The notes below the pieces were generated by a model. That model was not told where the DNA came from and searched no databases. It saw only the letters and a program-made list of their open reading frames with translations. The position numbers and the translations under genes are program-made. A stretch of DNA of 62,412 nucleotides, counting the filler, from Chiloscyllium plagiosum (Eukaryota), in assembly GCF_004010195.1 (NCBI RefSeq). It is 3 parts of one record of this genome, joined end to end, with 100 filler letters (N's around TTAATTAATTAA, not from the genome) between each part and the next. Parts side by side here need not be neighbours in the genome. Positions count along the whole stretch, not along the records: positions 27,152 to 58,137 come from NC_057711.1; 2 more parts are not named here. The stretch is one strand, 5' to 3'. Below are positions 36,516 to 50,276 of this stretch, piece by piece; within the stretch, counting starts at the first letter, position 1; every line of letters starts with the position of its first letter.

Positions 36516-39500
36516 CTCTCGAGTGGCTGAAGTTTTGTATTGACTCACCCCTTTCTATTAACCACAGAGTTATTTGCCAACCTTTGACAAACTCTCAAAT
36601 GTTTACCTTGGCAGCGGTTCAACACTTGGAGCGAATTATTGTCAGTCAGTCATCTCCATGTTCCCTCTTTGATTCAGATACTGTTCCAACTCATCCCCAA
36701 ACCCCCTTACACTTCTGTCACTTCTAAACATTAAAGAAAAATCAGAGGATTAACCCTTTCAGATTGTGCTTTCTTGGAATTTAAAGACAAGAGGGATTGC
36801 AAGCTTATTTGCCGTGAGGACAGAATCAGGAAATGTTCCAAATTATTTTGGCACAAGATTTCTCTGTGTGCTTCAGGTGTCCAAACATTCCCAATCTATG
36901 GATGGCCACTTCTTCAAAACCACTCAGCCCCTATCAATACCCTCAAGGTGGGCATACCTATAGGTTTTGTTAGGCCAAAGTGGGCACTGCAGATGCGGGA
37001 GATTAGAGTCAAGATTAGAGTGGTGCTGGAAAAGCACAGCAGGTCAGGCAGCATCCGAGGAGCAGGAAAATCAACGTTTTGGACAAAAGCCCTTCATCAG
37101 GAATAGTTTTTGTTCCCTACGCAGGGAGTACAAAAAGCTAAAATGTAGGGTCAGCAAGCTACTGAATGGAATTGAATTGAATTGAATTTATTGTCACGTG
37201 TACAGAGGCACAGTGAAGAGCTTTGTCTTGCGAGTAATACAGACAGATCAGAGAGTTAAGTAGCATAGATAAGTAAATAATAGGTAAACAGCGGCAAAAA
37301 CAAAAACACAGGTACAGGTGAACGTTAAGAGTTTGTGAGTCCAGTCAGTATTCTAACAACAGTAGGGTAGAAATTGTTGCGAAACCGGCTGGTGCGTGTG
37401 TTCTAACTGAACGTGAATCTTTATCAAAAGAGTATTTCAGTACAGCACAGGAATCGTGAAACCCTGCTTCATTGTATAGGAGCTTAGACAGACTGTACCT
37501 GGAGTCCTGTGTGCAATTTGTCCTTCTCTCAGGAAGGACATTATTACCGTAGAGGGAATGCAGTGAAGATTCACCAGACTTGTCCCTGGGATGGCGGGGC
37601 AGTTCTATCAAGTGAGATCGGGACAAGATGGATCTGTATTCTCAAGGGTTCTGACGAATGAAAGGTGATCTCATTGAAATGTAAGACATGGTGAGAGCAG
37701 TGAAAATATAGTTATTGAGTATGTTTAAACTAGATATTGATAGATTTCTGATTATCAACGGTGTACAGGGACGGGGTAGCTAAGGGACATTGAAGTACTC
37801 GACCTCACACTGTACCCCCCCCCCCACAGAACCGACTGAGTGACAGCATTCTGAGCTCAGTAGCAGCAACATCCAGAAATAATTAGCGTAGACATTCTCA
37901 AAAGAATGGCAGGAGACACAGCAACAGAACTGCAGACTGTGGTCTAATGATGATGTTAGTTATCTAGACGCCATGGTTAATGCTCTGAGGACATAGGTTC
38001 AAGCCCACCAGGTGGAATTTAAATTAAAACCACAATCTCACCTGTGAACTGAAAGGGGGGTGGGGGGGGGAGCTGAGCTTGCATTTACATAGCACCTTTC
38101 ACTATCTCACAAGGCCCCAGAGTGCTTTACAGCTAATACTGTGGGAGGGATCACTGTCATGATGTCGGAAACACAGCAGCCATTTGAACACAGCAAGATC
38201 CCATTAATGGCACTGTGTGTTTGACTGGGTAATAAGTTTCTTCAACTCACTCATGGATGTTGCCAGCTCTGCCAACTTTTATTGCCTGTCCCTAGTTGCC
38301 CCTTGAGAAGGTGGGGGTGAGCTGCTTTCCAGAACAGTCAGAGACCATGTGCTGTAGGCAGACCCCCAATGCCCTTAAGGAGGGAATTCCAGGATTCTGA
38401 CCCAGCGACAGTGAAGGAATGGTGATATATTTCCAAGTCAGGATGGGGAGTGGCTCAGAGGGGGACAATCACTAAGGGAATATGAAAGTGCCAGATGCTG
38501 GATCATGTGGGACAAAGGCAATCTAGCTAGATCAGACATCAGGTTCTGGGTGATCTCAGAGACACAAGCAGACTGTACTGGGAAAAATCTGCTCTTGAGA
38601 AATATTTGAAGGGGTATAATGAGCAGTGATTTTGGAAATCATTACCCAGAGAGTGGTGAAGACATGAAGACTGTTACCATGAGGAGTAGTTGAGGTGAAC
38701 AGCATAGAATTCTTTAAGAGGAAGCTGGATAAACACAAAAGGGAGGGAGAGTACGTTGGCTGAAGTCCACTATTGACACTATTTCAAGCTGAGATCAATT
38801 GGTTAATGGCCTTTCAGGGAAAAGAAAGATGGAAATGGAGAATCTAGGAGCAGGACTATCCTGCTCAGTCATTCAATATGATCATGGCCATTCCTCCATC
38901 TCAAAGCTACATCCCTGCTTCCACCTCATTCCCGTCTAACTGCCTCATTGTGGAGTGGGTAGGAAGCTTAAGGTCAGCCATGTTCATATTGAATTGAGAG
39001 CTTGGAGAGGCTATCCCTGCTCCTCATTTGCATACACTGATGTTATAATGTTACAAAGGCTCATGAACATCAGTATAGAACAATTGGGCTGAATGGCCAG
39101 CTTCTGCGCTGTCTAATCCATGTCATGCATTTAACTCAGGAATTTCCCCGTGGAATAGATAGTTGCCAATGACAATTGTTAAGAAAGGTACTGGACAAGT
39201 TAGGAAGCAAATGAAGAAAATGAATGATGTGGAGGTGCCAGTGTTGGGTTGGGGGTGTACACAGTTAAGAATCATACAATGCCCGGTTATAGTCCAACAG
39301 GTTTACTTGGAAGCACTAGCTTACAGAGCGCTGCTCCTTCATCTTTGTGTCCCTTTACATTAGTAAAACCATGGCAGATGGAAACCCACGATGTGAAAAC
39401 GTTGTCCACTTTTGAAACACAAAAGATACATTTGATAGAAATATAAAAATAATGGCTACAAGAGCAGGTCAGAGACGAGGAAGCTCAGAATGCGTAACTC

Positions 39501-40004
39501 ACATCCCGACTCTGCAAAGACCATCCACTACCGAGGAGGCACAAGTCAGGAGTGTGATGAAATACTCCTCACTTGCCTGGATGGGTGCAGCTCCAACAAA
39601 ATCAAGAAGCTTGATTCCATTCAGGATACAGCAACCCACTTTGATTGGCATCAACCCACAAACATTCACTCCCTCCACCATCAATGCTCCATAACAGCAG
39701 TGTGTACTATCTACAATTGTTTCACTAGTGAAGCTAGGAAAAATGCCCAGAGAATTAAATAGGACACTGGATCATTTCTCAACCTTGCTCAACTGGCCTT
39801 TAACTGAAAAATTAGAAATCAGGAAGAGCCAGATCTCAGATGCTCTCATGCTTTCTCAATGTTGGGATGAGATTTCGATGAATAGTTGCCTCCTCTTTTA
39901 CTAATAGTCACAGCCGAACGTGTCTGTGAGAATGCAGCCATCATATTGTCATTTTATTGGTCTCCTTTTTAAAGCAAGGATTTAATGGACAATTAGTAAA
40001 GAAA

Positions 40005-40645
40005 ACACCCAGGTTGACAGGGTTGTTAAGAAGGCTTACAGTGTTTTAGCTTTTATTAATTGAGGGATCGAGTTCCGGAACCATGAGGTTATGCTACAGC
40101 TGTACAAAACTCTGGTGCAGCCGCACTTGGAGTATTGTGTACAGTTCTGGTCACCGCATTATAAAAAGGATGTGGAAACTTTGGAAAAGCTACAGAGGAG
40201 ATTTACTGGGGTGTTGCCTGGTATGGAGGGAAGGTCTTACGAGGAAAGGCTGAGGGACTTGAAGCTATTTTTGTTAGTGAGAAGAAGGTTGAGAGGTAAC
40301 TTTAATAGAGACATATAAGATAATCAGAGGGTTAGATAGGGTGGAGGAGAGCCTTTATCCAAGTATGGTAAGCATGAGGGGCCATAGCTTTAAATTGAGG
40401 GGTGATAGATATAGGACAGATGTCAGAGATAGTTTCTTTACTCAGGGAGTAGGAAGGGTATGGAATGCTTTGCCTGCAACGGTAGTAGATTTGCCAACTT
40501 TAAGTACATTTAAGTCGTCATTGGACAAGCATATGGAAGTACATGGAATAGTGTAGGTTAGATGGGCTTCAGATTGGTATGACAGGTCGGCGCAACATCG
40601 AGGGCTGAAGGGCCTGTACTGCACTGTAAGGTTCTATGTTCTATG
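40005..40645 (+). mobile_element. CR1 3' fragment
   Basis: LYKTLVQPHLEYCVQFWSPHY motif; tail ttctatgttctatg. Confidence 0.92.
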
Positions 40646-42442
40646 TAAAATAAGAACAGGTATGAATTACAAAATGGCTAAGCCATTTGACCTCAGGACC
40701 CAGGACAAACAGAGACAACCTTTGCTCCATGAACAATCTTGACTCGCAGTGTTTACTCCAATAACCTCATGGTTGAGACGAACACTCTAATAAAGGCAGG
40801 ACTTGTGCTCAGTGTGTGTGAGTTGAAAACAAAACTATTCTGTTTACCAACTGAACACTAGACTTTCTCATTGCTCTTGATTTCTATTTCCAAAGATAAG
40901 TCTGACCTGCCCACCCCACAACCCCCATCACCCCTCCAACGTAGCTGAGTTGCTGTGGCAACATATACTTTTGTGTGTATGATGTACGTTGTAGCTCAGA
41001 GCCAAGAATAATGACAGTTGAGACTTGAGTTTCTTTTCATCAAATAACTGATGTAGAATCCCACCCACCTCTCACCCCCCCCCCCCCCCCCCCACTTCCT
41101 GCCAGTGACAAGTGCTGCAAGGATTTATAAATTGTTACACAACCCTTTTATAAAGTCATAGAGATGTACAGCATGGAAACAGACCCTTCGGTCCAACCTG
41201 TCCATGCCGACCAGATATCCCAACCCAATCTAGTCCCGAATGCAATATTCCAACAGTGGCCTAACCAATGTCCTGTATGGCTGCAACATGACCTCCAACC
41301 CCTGTACTCAATACTCTGACCAATAAAGGAAAGCATACCAAACGCCTTCTTCACTATCCTATCTACCAGTGACTCCATTTTAAAGGAACTTTGAGACTGT
41401 ATTCCAAGGTCTCTAGTTGTCCCTTGAGAAGTGGGGTGAACTGCTTACTTGAACTGCTGCAGTCCCTGTTCTGTGGTTTGACTCACAATGCTGTAAGGGA
41501 GGGAATTCAAGGATTTTGACACAACGACACTGAAGGAACGGCAATATATTTCCAAGTCAGGATGGTGAGTGGCTTGGAAGGAACTCACAAGTGGTGCTGT
41601 TCCTATGTATCTGCTGCCCTTGTCCTTCTCATTGCAGGTGTAGGAGTAGTCATTAAAAAAAAAAGATTGCCTTTGATATGGAGTTGGGAATTCAATTTTT
41701 TAAATAAACTATTAAATATTTAAGGGGATTTAAATGTATTTAATAAGCATGCAAGAAAGGGAAACAGTTCACTATGGTATTTAGAACTTTATTCAATTTG
41801 AGCCTGGTACCTGAGGTCTGACTATAGTGGATATGACATGGGAATGCATGAGCAAGTGGTGGTGGGTCAGGAATCATGGGTTGCTACGAAGTGTCAGCAA
41901 ATTGACACAGGGTCTAGAAGGAACCTTAGAGATGGGAGTTGGCAATAAATTGCCACTGAGTTGGCATAGGGTTTCTAATGGGGCATTGAGGTGGGTCATG
42001 GGTTGGTGTGAGTTGGCTTGTTTGTGATGTGAAGAGTGGACTTGGGTGGCTGGAGGGGTCTAATATGTAATAAAACAACAGGGGCAAAGTTCCAGGGAAC
42101 TGAGGCAGGCATTTTAAATAGCCAACCTTGTCCCTGGGCAGTGCCTGTGGTCTGTGGTCTCGGATGCTGCCTGACCTGCTGTGCTTTTCCAGCACCACTC
42201 TAATCTAGTCTGTGGTCTATGTCTGGATGGGGGAGGGGGGGAGGGCGTGGGGTGCATTGGCATGGCAGCACGGGGCGAGTGTCTGAATCCATTCTGCCAT
42301 TGCCCATCCAGGGGGCACTGCTTTCCTTGAGGTGGGCATGCCTAGCTGGGATATTTCCCATCCCAAACTCCCTGCCTCAGGAATGAGAATCTGCCCTTTA
42401 TAATCTCTTTCTAATGGGCCCTCTATCTGCCTCAGCTTCAGA

Positions 42443-42760
42443 GGGTGGCACAGTGGCTCAATGGTTAGCACTGCTGCCTCACAGCGCCAGGGATCTGGGT
42501 TCGATCCTAGCCTCGGGTGACTGCCCGTGAGGAGTTGGCACATTCTCCCCGTGTCTGTGTGGGTTTCCTCTGGATGCTCTGACTTCCTCCCACAGTCTAA
42601 TGATATGCAGTTGAGGGTGTATTGGTTGTCTGCAGTGTCCACATTAGGAGGACTGGCAATCATGGGGTTATGTGGATTGCATTGAATGCTCTTCGGATGG
42701 TTGGTGCACATTTGATGGGCTGAATGGCCTCTTTCTGCACTGTAGGGATTCTATGATTCT
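42443..42760 (+). mobile_element. tRNA-derived SINE (HE1/V-SINE type) with CR1-like tail; related copies 14850-15058, ~16960-17230, ~43520-43860 on minus strand
   Basis: A box tggctcaatgg, B box ggttcgatcc, central gtgtctgtgtgggtttcctc domain. Confidence 0.85.
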
Positions 42761-43944
42761 GGTACTGCCTGTGAGTCTCATTGCTCAGCTGGTGCTGTTG
42801 TTCATATCAAGCCCTGCTACCCTCACTGATCTGTTGTCAGGTCACATTTCTAGCAGCCTTGTGAGTTAATGAACATTAACACCCAGCGCCCAATTAAGGA
42901 TGCAGCTGCAGAGGTTTGATCTACAAAATCTGGCCCAATATCCTTTGAGGAAATTGCATGAGAAAGTCACTCAGTGTCAGTGTGCGAGTTTGTGAATGGC
43001 TGGGAGGCTGAGCTTGCACAGGAATGGCACGTTGCTAAATACTTGGCTGGAAATATGAACTGAAACAAAATTCCCTGCGTCTTTACAGTAAGTGGGTGAT
43101 GGGGAGGAGTGGAGAGGGGCTGGGCTGTTACAGTAAAAGGCAAGGCTTCAGGTGAGAACTTGTGAAGTGCTGGGGTGTGTGGGAAGAGAAAGGGAGCCAA
43201 ACAGATTATGGACAATTAGCTTTCTCACTTGCTGCATTGTTTGAGCAAGTTTATTTACTGAGATTTCTTTTATGAAAGAGAATTAGAGGCACATCCCTTA
43301 CCTATCAGTCATGTAAAGATTAAAGTACATGATCCAAAATGCAAGAGAGACTACACAAAACAATTAATCAGTCTTTTTTAATGCAAAATATTCTTTCACG
43401 ACGACGTGAGTCCATTACTGCCCATCCCTAACTGCCCAGAGGGCAGTTAAGACTCAACCACATTGCTGTTCGTCTGGAGTCACATATAGGATGCCAGAGT
43501 TCCTTCCTTTCCTTCCCATTAGAATCATAGAATCCCTATAGTTTGGAAGCAGGCCATTCGACCGATTGAGTTAGACTGACCCTCCAAAGAGCATCCCACG
43601 CAGACCCACCCTGTAACCATTACATTTCCCATGGCTATTTCATCTAGCCTACACATCCCTGGAGACTAAGGGCAACTTAGCATAGCCAGTCCACCTAACC
43701 TGCACACCTTTGGATTGTGGGAGGAGACCAGAGCACCCAGAGGTAACCCACGCAGTCACAGGGAGAATGTGCAAACTCCACTCAGACAGTCACCTGAGGA
43801 TGGAATTGAACCCTGGTCCTGGTTGTGTGAGGCAGCAGTGCTAACCACTGAGCCCCCGTGTGAACCAGAAAGGTTTTCACAAAGACTGTAAACAGTTGTT
43901 ATCATCACTGAGTTATTTATTGCCTTAGTGGTCATTTTTCAAGA

Positions 43945-45175
43945 CCTTGGAACAATCCTCATGGAATGGAGGTAACCAATGTAACCGTACTATTTAATTA
44001 AGGAGGTGTCAAGAAAACAGAGAATAAAAAACCCATTAGCGTGTCATCGATGGAATGGGAATACTAGGATTCTTTATAAAAGTTTTAATAGCGGAGCACT
44101 TGGAAAAAAATAACAGGATTGGACAGAGTCCGCATGAATTCACAAATGAGAAAGCATGCTTGTAATTTTTTGAAGGTGTAATAAATGGAGTTGATCGGGG
44201 GAACCAGTCGATATTCAGAAAGCTTTTGACAAGGTCCCACATAAGAGATTGACGTGTAAGATTAAAGGCCATGGGACTGGGGAGAGTGTGCTGACATGGA
44301 TAGAGACCTGGTTGGCAGACAGGGATAAATAGAGCTATGTCGAAGTGGCAGCCAGTGTTAGTGAGGTATTGCAGGGATCAGTGCTAGGACCCCAGCTATT
44401 CTCCATATATATCAATGCTTTAGATAAGGGAACAAAATGTGCAAGTTTGTAAATAACATAAAGCTGGATCGGGAAGGTGAGCTGTGAGGAGGATGTAGAG
44501 ATACTTCTGTGTGATTTGGACAAGTTGAGTGAGTGGGCAAATACATGGCAGATGCAGTATAACGTGGATAAACGAGAGGTGATCCACTTTGGTAGCAAAA
44601 ACTGGAAGGTTAGGCTATTACTGTACGGCAATAGATTGGGAAAGGGGAAGGTGCATTCAGACTTGGATGCCATTATCAACCAGTCACTGAGAGTAAACAT
44701 GGGAGCAGCAGACAGGGAAGAAGGGAAATGGTACATTGGCCATTGTGACAGGAGTCAGGGATAGGAGCAGGGATGTCTTGTTACAATTATACAGGGCCTT
44801 GATGAGAGCACACCTGAAACATTGTGTACAGTTTTGGTCTCCTTATTTGAGGAAGGATGTTCTGGCAATGGAGGGAGTACAGTAAAGGTTTTGCAGACTG
44901 ATTTCTGGGATGGCAGGACTGATATATGAGGAGAGATTGGATCCGTAAGGACTATATTCACTGGAGTTTAGAAGAATGAAATGGAGATCTCATAGAAAGC
45001 TATAAAGTTCTAACAGGACTGGACAGAGAGGGGACAGCAGGAAGATTGTTTCTGATGATTGGAGAGTCCGAAACCAGGGGTCACAGTTTAAGGATACAGG
45101 GTAGGCCGTTTAGGACTGAGATGAGGAGAAATGTCTTCACCAGTAGTGAACCAGTAGGATTCTCTGCCACAGAAA
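43945..45175 (+). mobile_element. Degraded CR1 RT fragment
   Basis: LDKLSEWANTWQMQYNVDK.EVIHFG motif. Confidence 0.88.
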
Positions 45176-46054
45176 ATATAAATATATTGCTGTTCCTTCA
45201 GTGTTGCTGGGTCAAAAGCCTGAAACTGCGTCCTCAGCTATGAAATGTGTATTGCTGCATCCCAGTCTTCTGCAACACAGTTAGGGATGGGCAATAAATT
45301 CTGGCTCAGCTGGTGATGCTCACATCCCACAAATAAATCGAAGTGTTCCTGGAGCATTAAGCTGAGCCTCAGAATGTCTCATCCAGTGACATTACCGCTG
45401 CACATATTAGGTGTTCCCTACTGGAGTTTAGAGGTGATCCTATCTGAAATATCTCAGCTGCTGAGGGGGCTTGAAAGGGCTGATGCTGAAATGACGGTTC
45501 CCCTCAAGGGAGAGACAAAAGCTAAAAGATACAATTTAAAAATAGGAAGTTTTACTTTTGAGACTGTTTTTTTTTTATTTACTCCGAGAGGGTTGTAGGT
45601 CTGTGGAACTTTAATTCCTAGAAAGTAATGGACATTGACCTATTCAGTTTATTTAAAGCTGAATTAGATATGTTTGGACAAGGGAGTTAGGTGTTCTGAG
45701 AGGTTATGGGAGCGGCAGGGAAAGTGGAATGAAGACCATAACCAAATTAGCCGTACTGAATGGTGGAGCATGTTTGAGTTGGACCACTGCTGTCCTTGGG
45801 TCCTGCGTTCTTCGATGAACAAACTGAACGAATGCGTGTCTGTTGTTTCCCAACCCATGTCTTCCAGTCCTGCCAGCTACAAGTAATAAGGAAGAGAGAA
45901 AGAGAGAGAGAGACACAGGCATGCACTGACAGGTATCTGAGCTGCCAAGCTGTAAGAGAGAATACTCTCTTTTGTTGGGAAGATCACCACTGAAAGCCAT
46001 TGCTATAAGACAGTCACCTGGAAATCCCATTGGGAATTGAGAAGAAACATCTGA

Positions 46055-46550
46055 GTGGAGGCTTTGGAGAGGGTGCAGAAGAGGTTTACCAGGATATTGC
46101 CTGGATTAGAGGGTGATAGCTATAAGGAGAGGTTAGAAAAATTCAGGTTGTTTTCCCTGGAGCAGTGGAGGCTGAGAGGAGACTTGATAGAAATCTATAA
46201 AATTATGAGTTGCACAGATAGGGTTGACAGTCAGAAACTTTTCCCCAGAGTTGATATGTCTAATACTAGGGGGCATGCATTTAAGATGGGAGGGGTAAAA
46301 TTCAAAGAAGATGTGAGGGGCAAGATTTTTACACAGAGGGCGGTAAGAGTCTGGAACATGCTGCCAGGGGTAGTGGTGGATGCATTACGATATGGACTTT
46401 TAAGGGACTGCTAGATAAGCCCATGAATATGCAAGGGATGGCGGGATACGATCCAAGGGCAGGCAGAAGGGATTAATTTAATTTGGCGTCATGTTCAGAA
46501 CAACATCATGGGCCGAAGGGCCTGTTCCTGTGCAGTGCTGTTCTATGTTG
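46055..46550 (+). mobile_element. CR1 3' fragment
   Basis: LERVQKRFTRILPGL..LFSLE..RLRGDLIEIYK..TRGH frame. Confidence 0.92.
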
Positions 46551-47802
46551 TAACTTCACCCAGTGAGCAGTGAAATATGGAACTCACTCTCACAGGGAGT
46601 GAACGACTGAAAGAACTAGTATTGATGAATTTAGGGGAACCTACACAAACCCTTGAGGGGGAGGGGAATCAAGAGTTATTTAGGTGAAGAAAGATGGACA
46701 GTGGCTTCAGGGGAGACAGGGGAGTAGAGTTGAGGTTATAATCCGATCAGCCATGATCTAATTGAATGATAGAACAAGCTTAAGGGGCTGAATGGCCTCT
46801 TCTGGCTCCTTGTTTGTAGAAGCCCAGGCATGAACTAAATGGCCTGACTCTGTGCACGATTATCTGCTGTTACTGCAAACACTCTGGATAGGCTGGAAGG
46901 AGCTTGCAGTGCGTTGCCAGATTCACCAGGAAGCGTTACTACATCTCCACAGAGAGGGCCAGCATGGTGACCTGTCTACTGAACGTCTGCAACAGGCTCA
47001 AGGAGAGGCTTAATCCCTGGCATGGTGCCCACCGTAAAGATTCCTCTGGAGTTGGGATTAGTATGTAGTGAGTCTCTGGGCTCAGGGGCAAGGCTATTTC
47101 ATGGGCGAACTGGGAGGAGCTGTAGGTGGCACAGATGATGAGGGATGTGCGAGAGAGCATGAACAAATATGCACGTCGAGCTGCCTGGTACATTGTCCAC
47201 TCTCTAGGCAAAATGTGACGCACCCACTCCGACTTCACAGTGGGCACAACAGAGGGCTCACTCTCTCTGCAGCCACTGCCCCATCTCTGTATTTATTGAG
47301 TGGCCCTTCCGTGGACCTTACATCATTTTGAAGAGCTCATTAGGTCACCCCTCAGCTTCCAATACTGAAAGGGAGTCCCAGCCTATTGACCGTGTAAACC
47401 TGTCTCTATCCTATTTCGAATGTAACTATCAAAACGACACATGATTTTCCACCTGGAGCCTGGCAAGGTGTGACAGCATGTAAAAATAATGCCCCTTTGT
47501 CTGATCGAGATGCCTCTCGAGATAAGGGCCTGTAGTAGGGTACAAACGCTCTTTAGTGAGTGACAAGTGAAAATGTGGCCTGGATACATAAGGTCCATAT
47601 TTGTTACTCAGACGATGAGTCACGCTGGTACAACCAATCGGGGGGGAGCTTCCAACATGGTGCCAGTCGAAACATGATCCAATTTCAGGCCCTTCATTCT
47701 CTCTGAATGCCAAACCCATTGGATGAGTGCTTCACTGCATTGGAACAATGCAACAAAGGCTAGAAAAGCACTCTAGTCATTGAGCTGCATTGGACAGTTC
47801 CT

Positions 47803-47924
47803 AGGAGAAAGTGAGGATTGCAGATACTGGCGCTCAGAGTGTGGTGCTGTAAAAGCACAGCCGGTCAGGCAGCATCCGAGGAGCAGGAGAATTGACATCT
47901 GTGGCATAAGCCCTTCATCAGGAA
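47803..47924 (-). mobile_element. Short family-A insert
   Basis: 12-bp TSD tggacagttcct (47791-47802, 47925-47936); begins at the CTGATGA core on minus strand. Confidence 0.8.
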
Positions 47925-49280
47925 TGGACAGTTCCTGTCTTGTCCATGTATACACTGTAGGGTTCAGGGTAACAAGGTGCTAGCCTCCCTCTGTGAATGT
48001 TGCCCTTCAGTACAATGTGATCAGCCAACTCAGCTTCCTCTTTGTCACTCCCAATACCTCCCACCTCCACTCTCTCCCTCATGTTAGACAGCACGGTGTG
48101 ATAGAGATTTAGTATGGTCTGGATGGATGAGGCACACTGACGTACGGCAGAGAGCTTCCAAGTGAAGGTTGGCAGTTTGAGGAGCTGGTGGTTTGCTGTG
48201 AAATCTTTTGCAGAATTTGTTTGCCTCGGGCCCTCAGGTTGGTGGCAGTGTTCTTGTTCCAGTCAAACACAACAGGCTATTGATATGTGAGCTACTATCA
48301 ATCAAAGGAACACTCAGGTATGGACAGCCCCGCAAAGGGCAAGCGATGTGAGGCACAAAGCTGCATTTTCAGCTTGGATTCTCCTGCTCCTTGGATGCTG
48401 CCTGACCGACTGTGCTTTTCCAGCACCACACTTTTCGACTCTGATCTCCAGCATCTGCAATCTATTCATTTATTTTATGCACCTCTAATTGTATGCACCT
48501 TATGCAGATGGTTTAGGTAATAATCCAGAGATTCTAACCTTCGAGGCTCTGCTTTATTAAGTTTAGGGCCCAGCTCCTCACATTAGAACCTCTTTCCTGC
48601 TTCTAACTATGCCATCCTCCTTCTCCTCCTCCTCCTCCCTCATGGTTGGGGGGGTGGTGCATGTGCTAACACCAAGAAGAACTGACACTTTTCTTGCCAA
48701 CCTGTTTGGGGATGATGTGGCACATCTCTGGAGTTGACCCCAGGCCTCCTGGTCCAGAGGGAGGGACAGACCGTGAGGACCCTTGCAAGAAAGGACTATG
48801 TTCGGCAACTTGCTTGGCTTCACTTATTTTTCGTTTCGTGTGACAATTTGCCTCATTGCTCATGCAACTTGCAAACGATCTTCATTCCCTTGTTTCAGAT
48901 ATTTTGCCAGATCATAGTGAGGACTGGAGAGGAGGGGGAATGTACTAGTGTCCCTCTCCTTCCAATGTTCTTGGTCTCTAGGAAACCAAGGAATTTAATC
49001 CTATTCTTGATGAGGTTTCACTTTGTTAAGGAATTCCTGTTCTAACTGCTCCCTCCCTCTGCCTCCATGCTGTTCGGGAGGTCTCACCGAGTCTCTCTGT
49101 TGCTATTACCATGTGGCCATGCTCTCTCTACCGTGCACCATCGCCTTCGGTGGTCTGCTGGGTGTGGGGGAGCACTGTTCCCAAACGTGCCAGGAATTTC
49201 CTCCCAGGGTTCCTCACAAGTAGCGACTCAGAGCAGAAAATTCAGGCAGAGAGCTGCTGAAGTCAGCTGTCTTCCTGCTC

Positions 49281-50276
49281 CTTTAGGGCCTTGGATGGAG
49301 GTGAGGGAGGAGGTGTGGGCACAGGTTTTACAGTTCCTGCGGTGGCAGGGGAAAGTGCCAGGATGGGAGGGTGGGTCGTAGGGGGGTGTGGAGGGCATCC
49401 CACGTGGTTAAAGATGCCCTCCAACGCATCTCGTCCACAACCCGCATCTCCGCCCTCAGACCCAACCCCTCCAACCGCAACAAGGACAGAACGCCCCTGG
49501 TGCTCACCTTCCACCCTACCAACCTTCGCATAAACCAAATCATCCGCCGACATTTCCGCCACCTCCAAACAGACCCCACNNNNNNNNNNNNNNNNNNNNN
49601 NNNNNNNNNNNNNNNNNNNNNNNNNNNNNNNNNNNNNNNNNNNNNNNNNNNNNNNNNNNNNNNNNNNNNNNNNNNNNNNNNNNNNNNNNNNNNNNNNNNN
49701 NNNNNNNNNNNNNNNNNNNNNNNNNNNNNNNNNNNNNNNNNNNNNNNNNNNNNNNNNNNNNNNNNNNNNNNNNNNNNNNNNNNNNNNNNNNNNNNNNNNN
49801 NNNNNNNNNNNNNNNNNNNNNNNNNNNNNNNNNNNNNNNNNNNNNNNNNNNNNNNNNNNNNNNNNNNNNNNNNNNNNNNNNNNNNNNNNNNNNNNNNNNN
49901 NNNNNNNNNNNNNNNNNNNNNNNNNNNNNNNNNNNNNNNNNNNNNNNNNNNNNNNNNNNNNNNNNNNNNNNNNNNNNNNNNNNNNNNNNNNNNNNNNNNN
50001 NNNNNNNNNNNNNNNNNNNNNNNNNNNNNNNNNNNNNNNNNNNNNNNNNNNNNNNNNNNNNNNNNNNNNNNNNNNNNNNNNNNNNNNNNNNNNNNNNNNN
50101 NNNNNNNNNTAGCTTATCTCTCCACGCTTCAGGCTCTCTGCCTTTATTCCTAATGAAGGGCTTTTGCCCGAAACGTCGATTTTGCTGCTCCTCGGATGCT
50201 GCCTGAATTGCTGTGCTCTTCCAGCACCACTGATCCAGAATCTGGTTTCCAGCATCTGCAGTCATTGTTTTTACCT
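49281..50276 (+). mobile_element. Penelope-like element fragment with 13-bp TSD and hammerhead-type 3' terminus
   Basis: Frame RTPLVLTFHPTNLRINQIIRRHFRHLQTDP resembles the PLE RT-thumb/linker; TSD tgtcttcctgctc at 49268-49280 and 50277-50289; internal N-gap. Confidence 0.8.

Noticed and set aside
42443..42520. tRNA gene
   Set aside because: A and B boxes belong to a SINE head continuing into SINE body; no full cloverleaf
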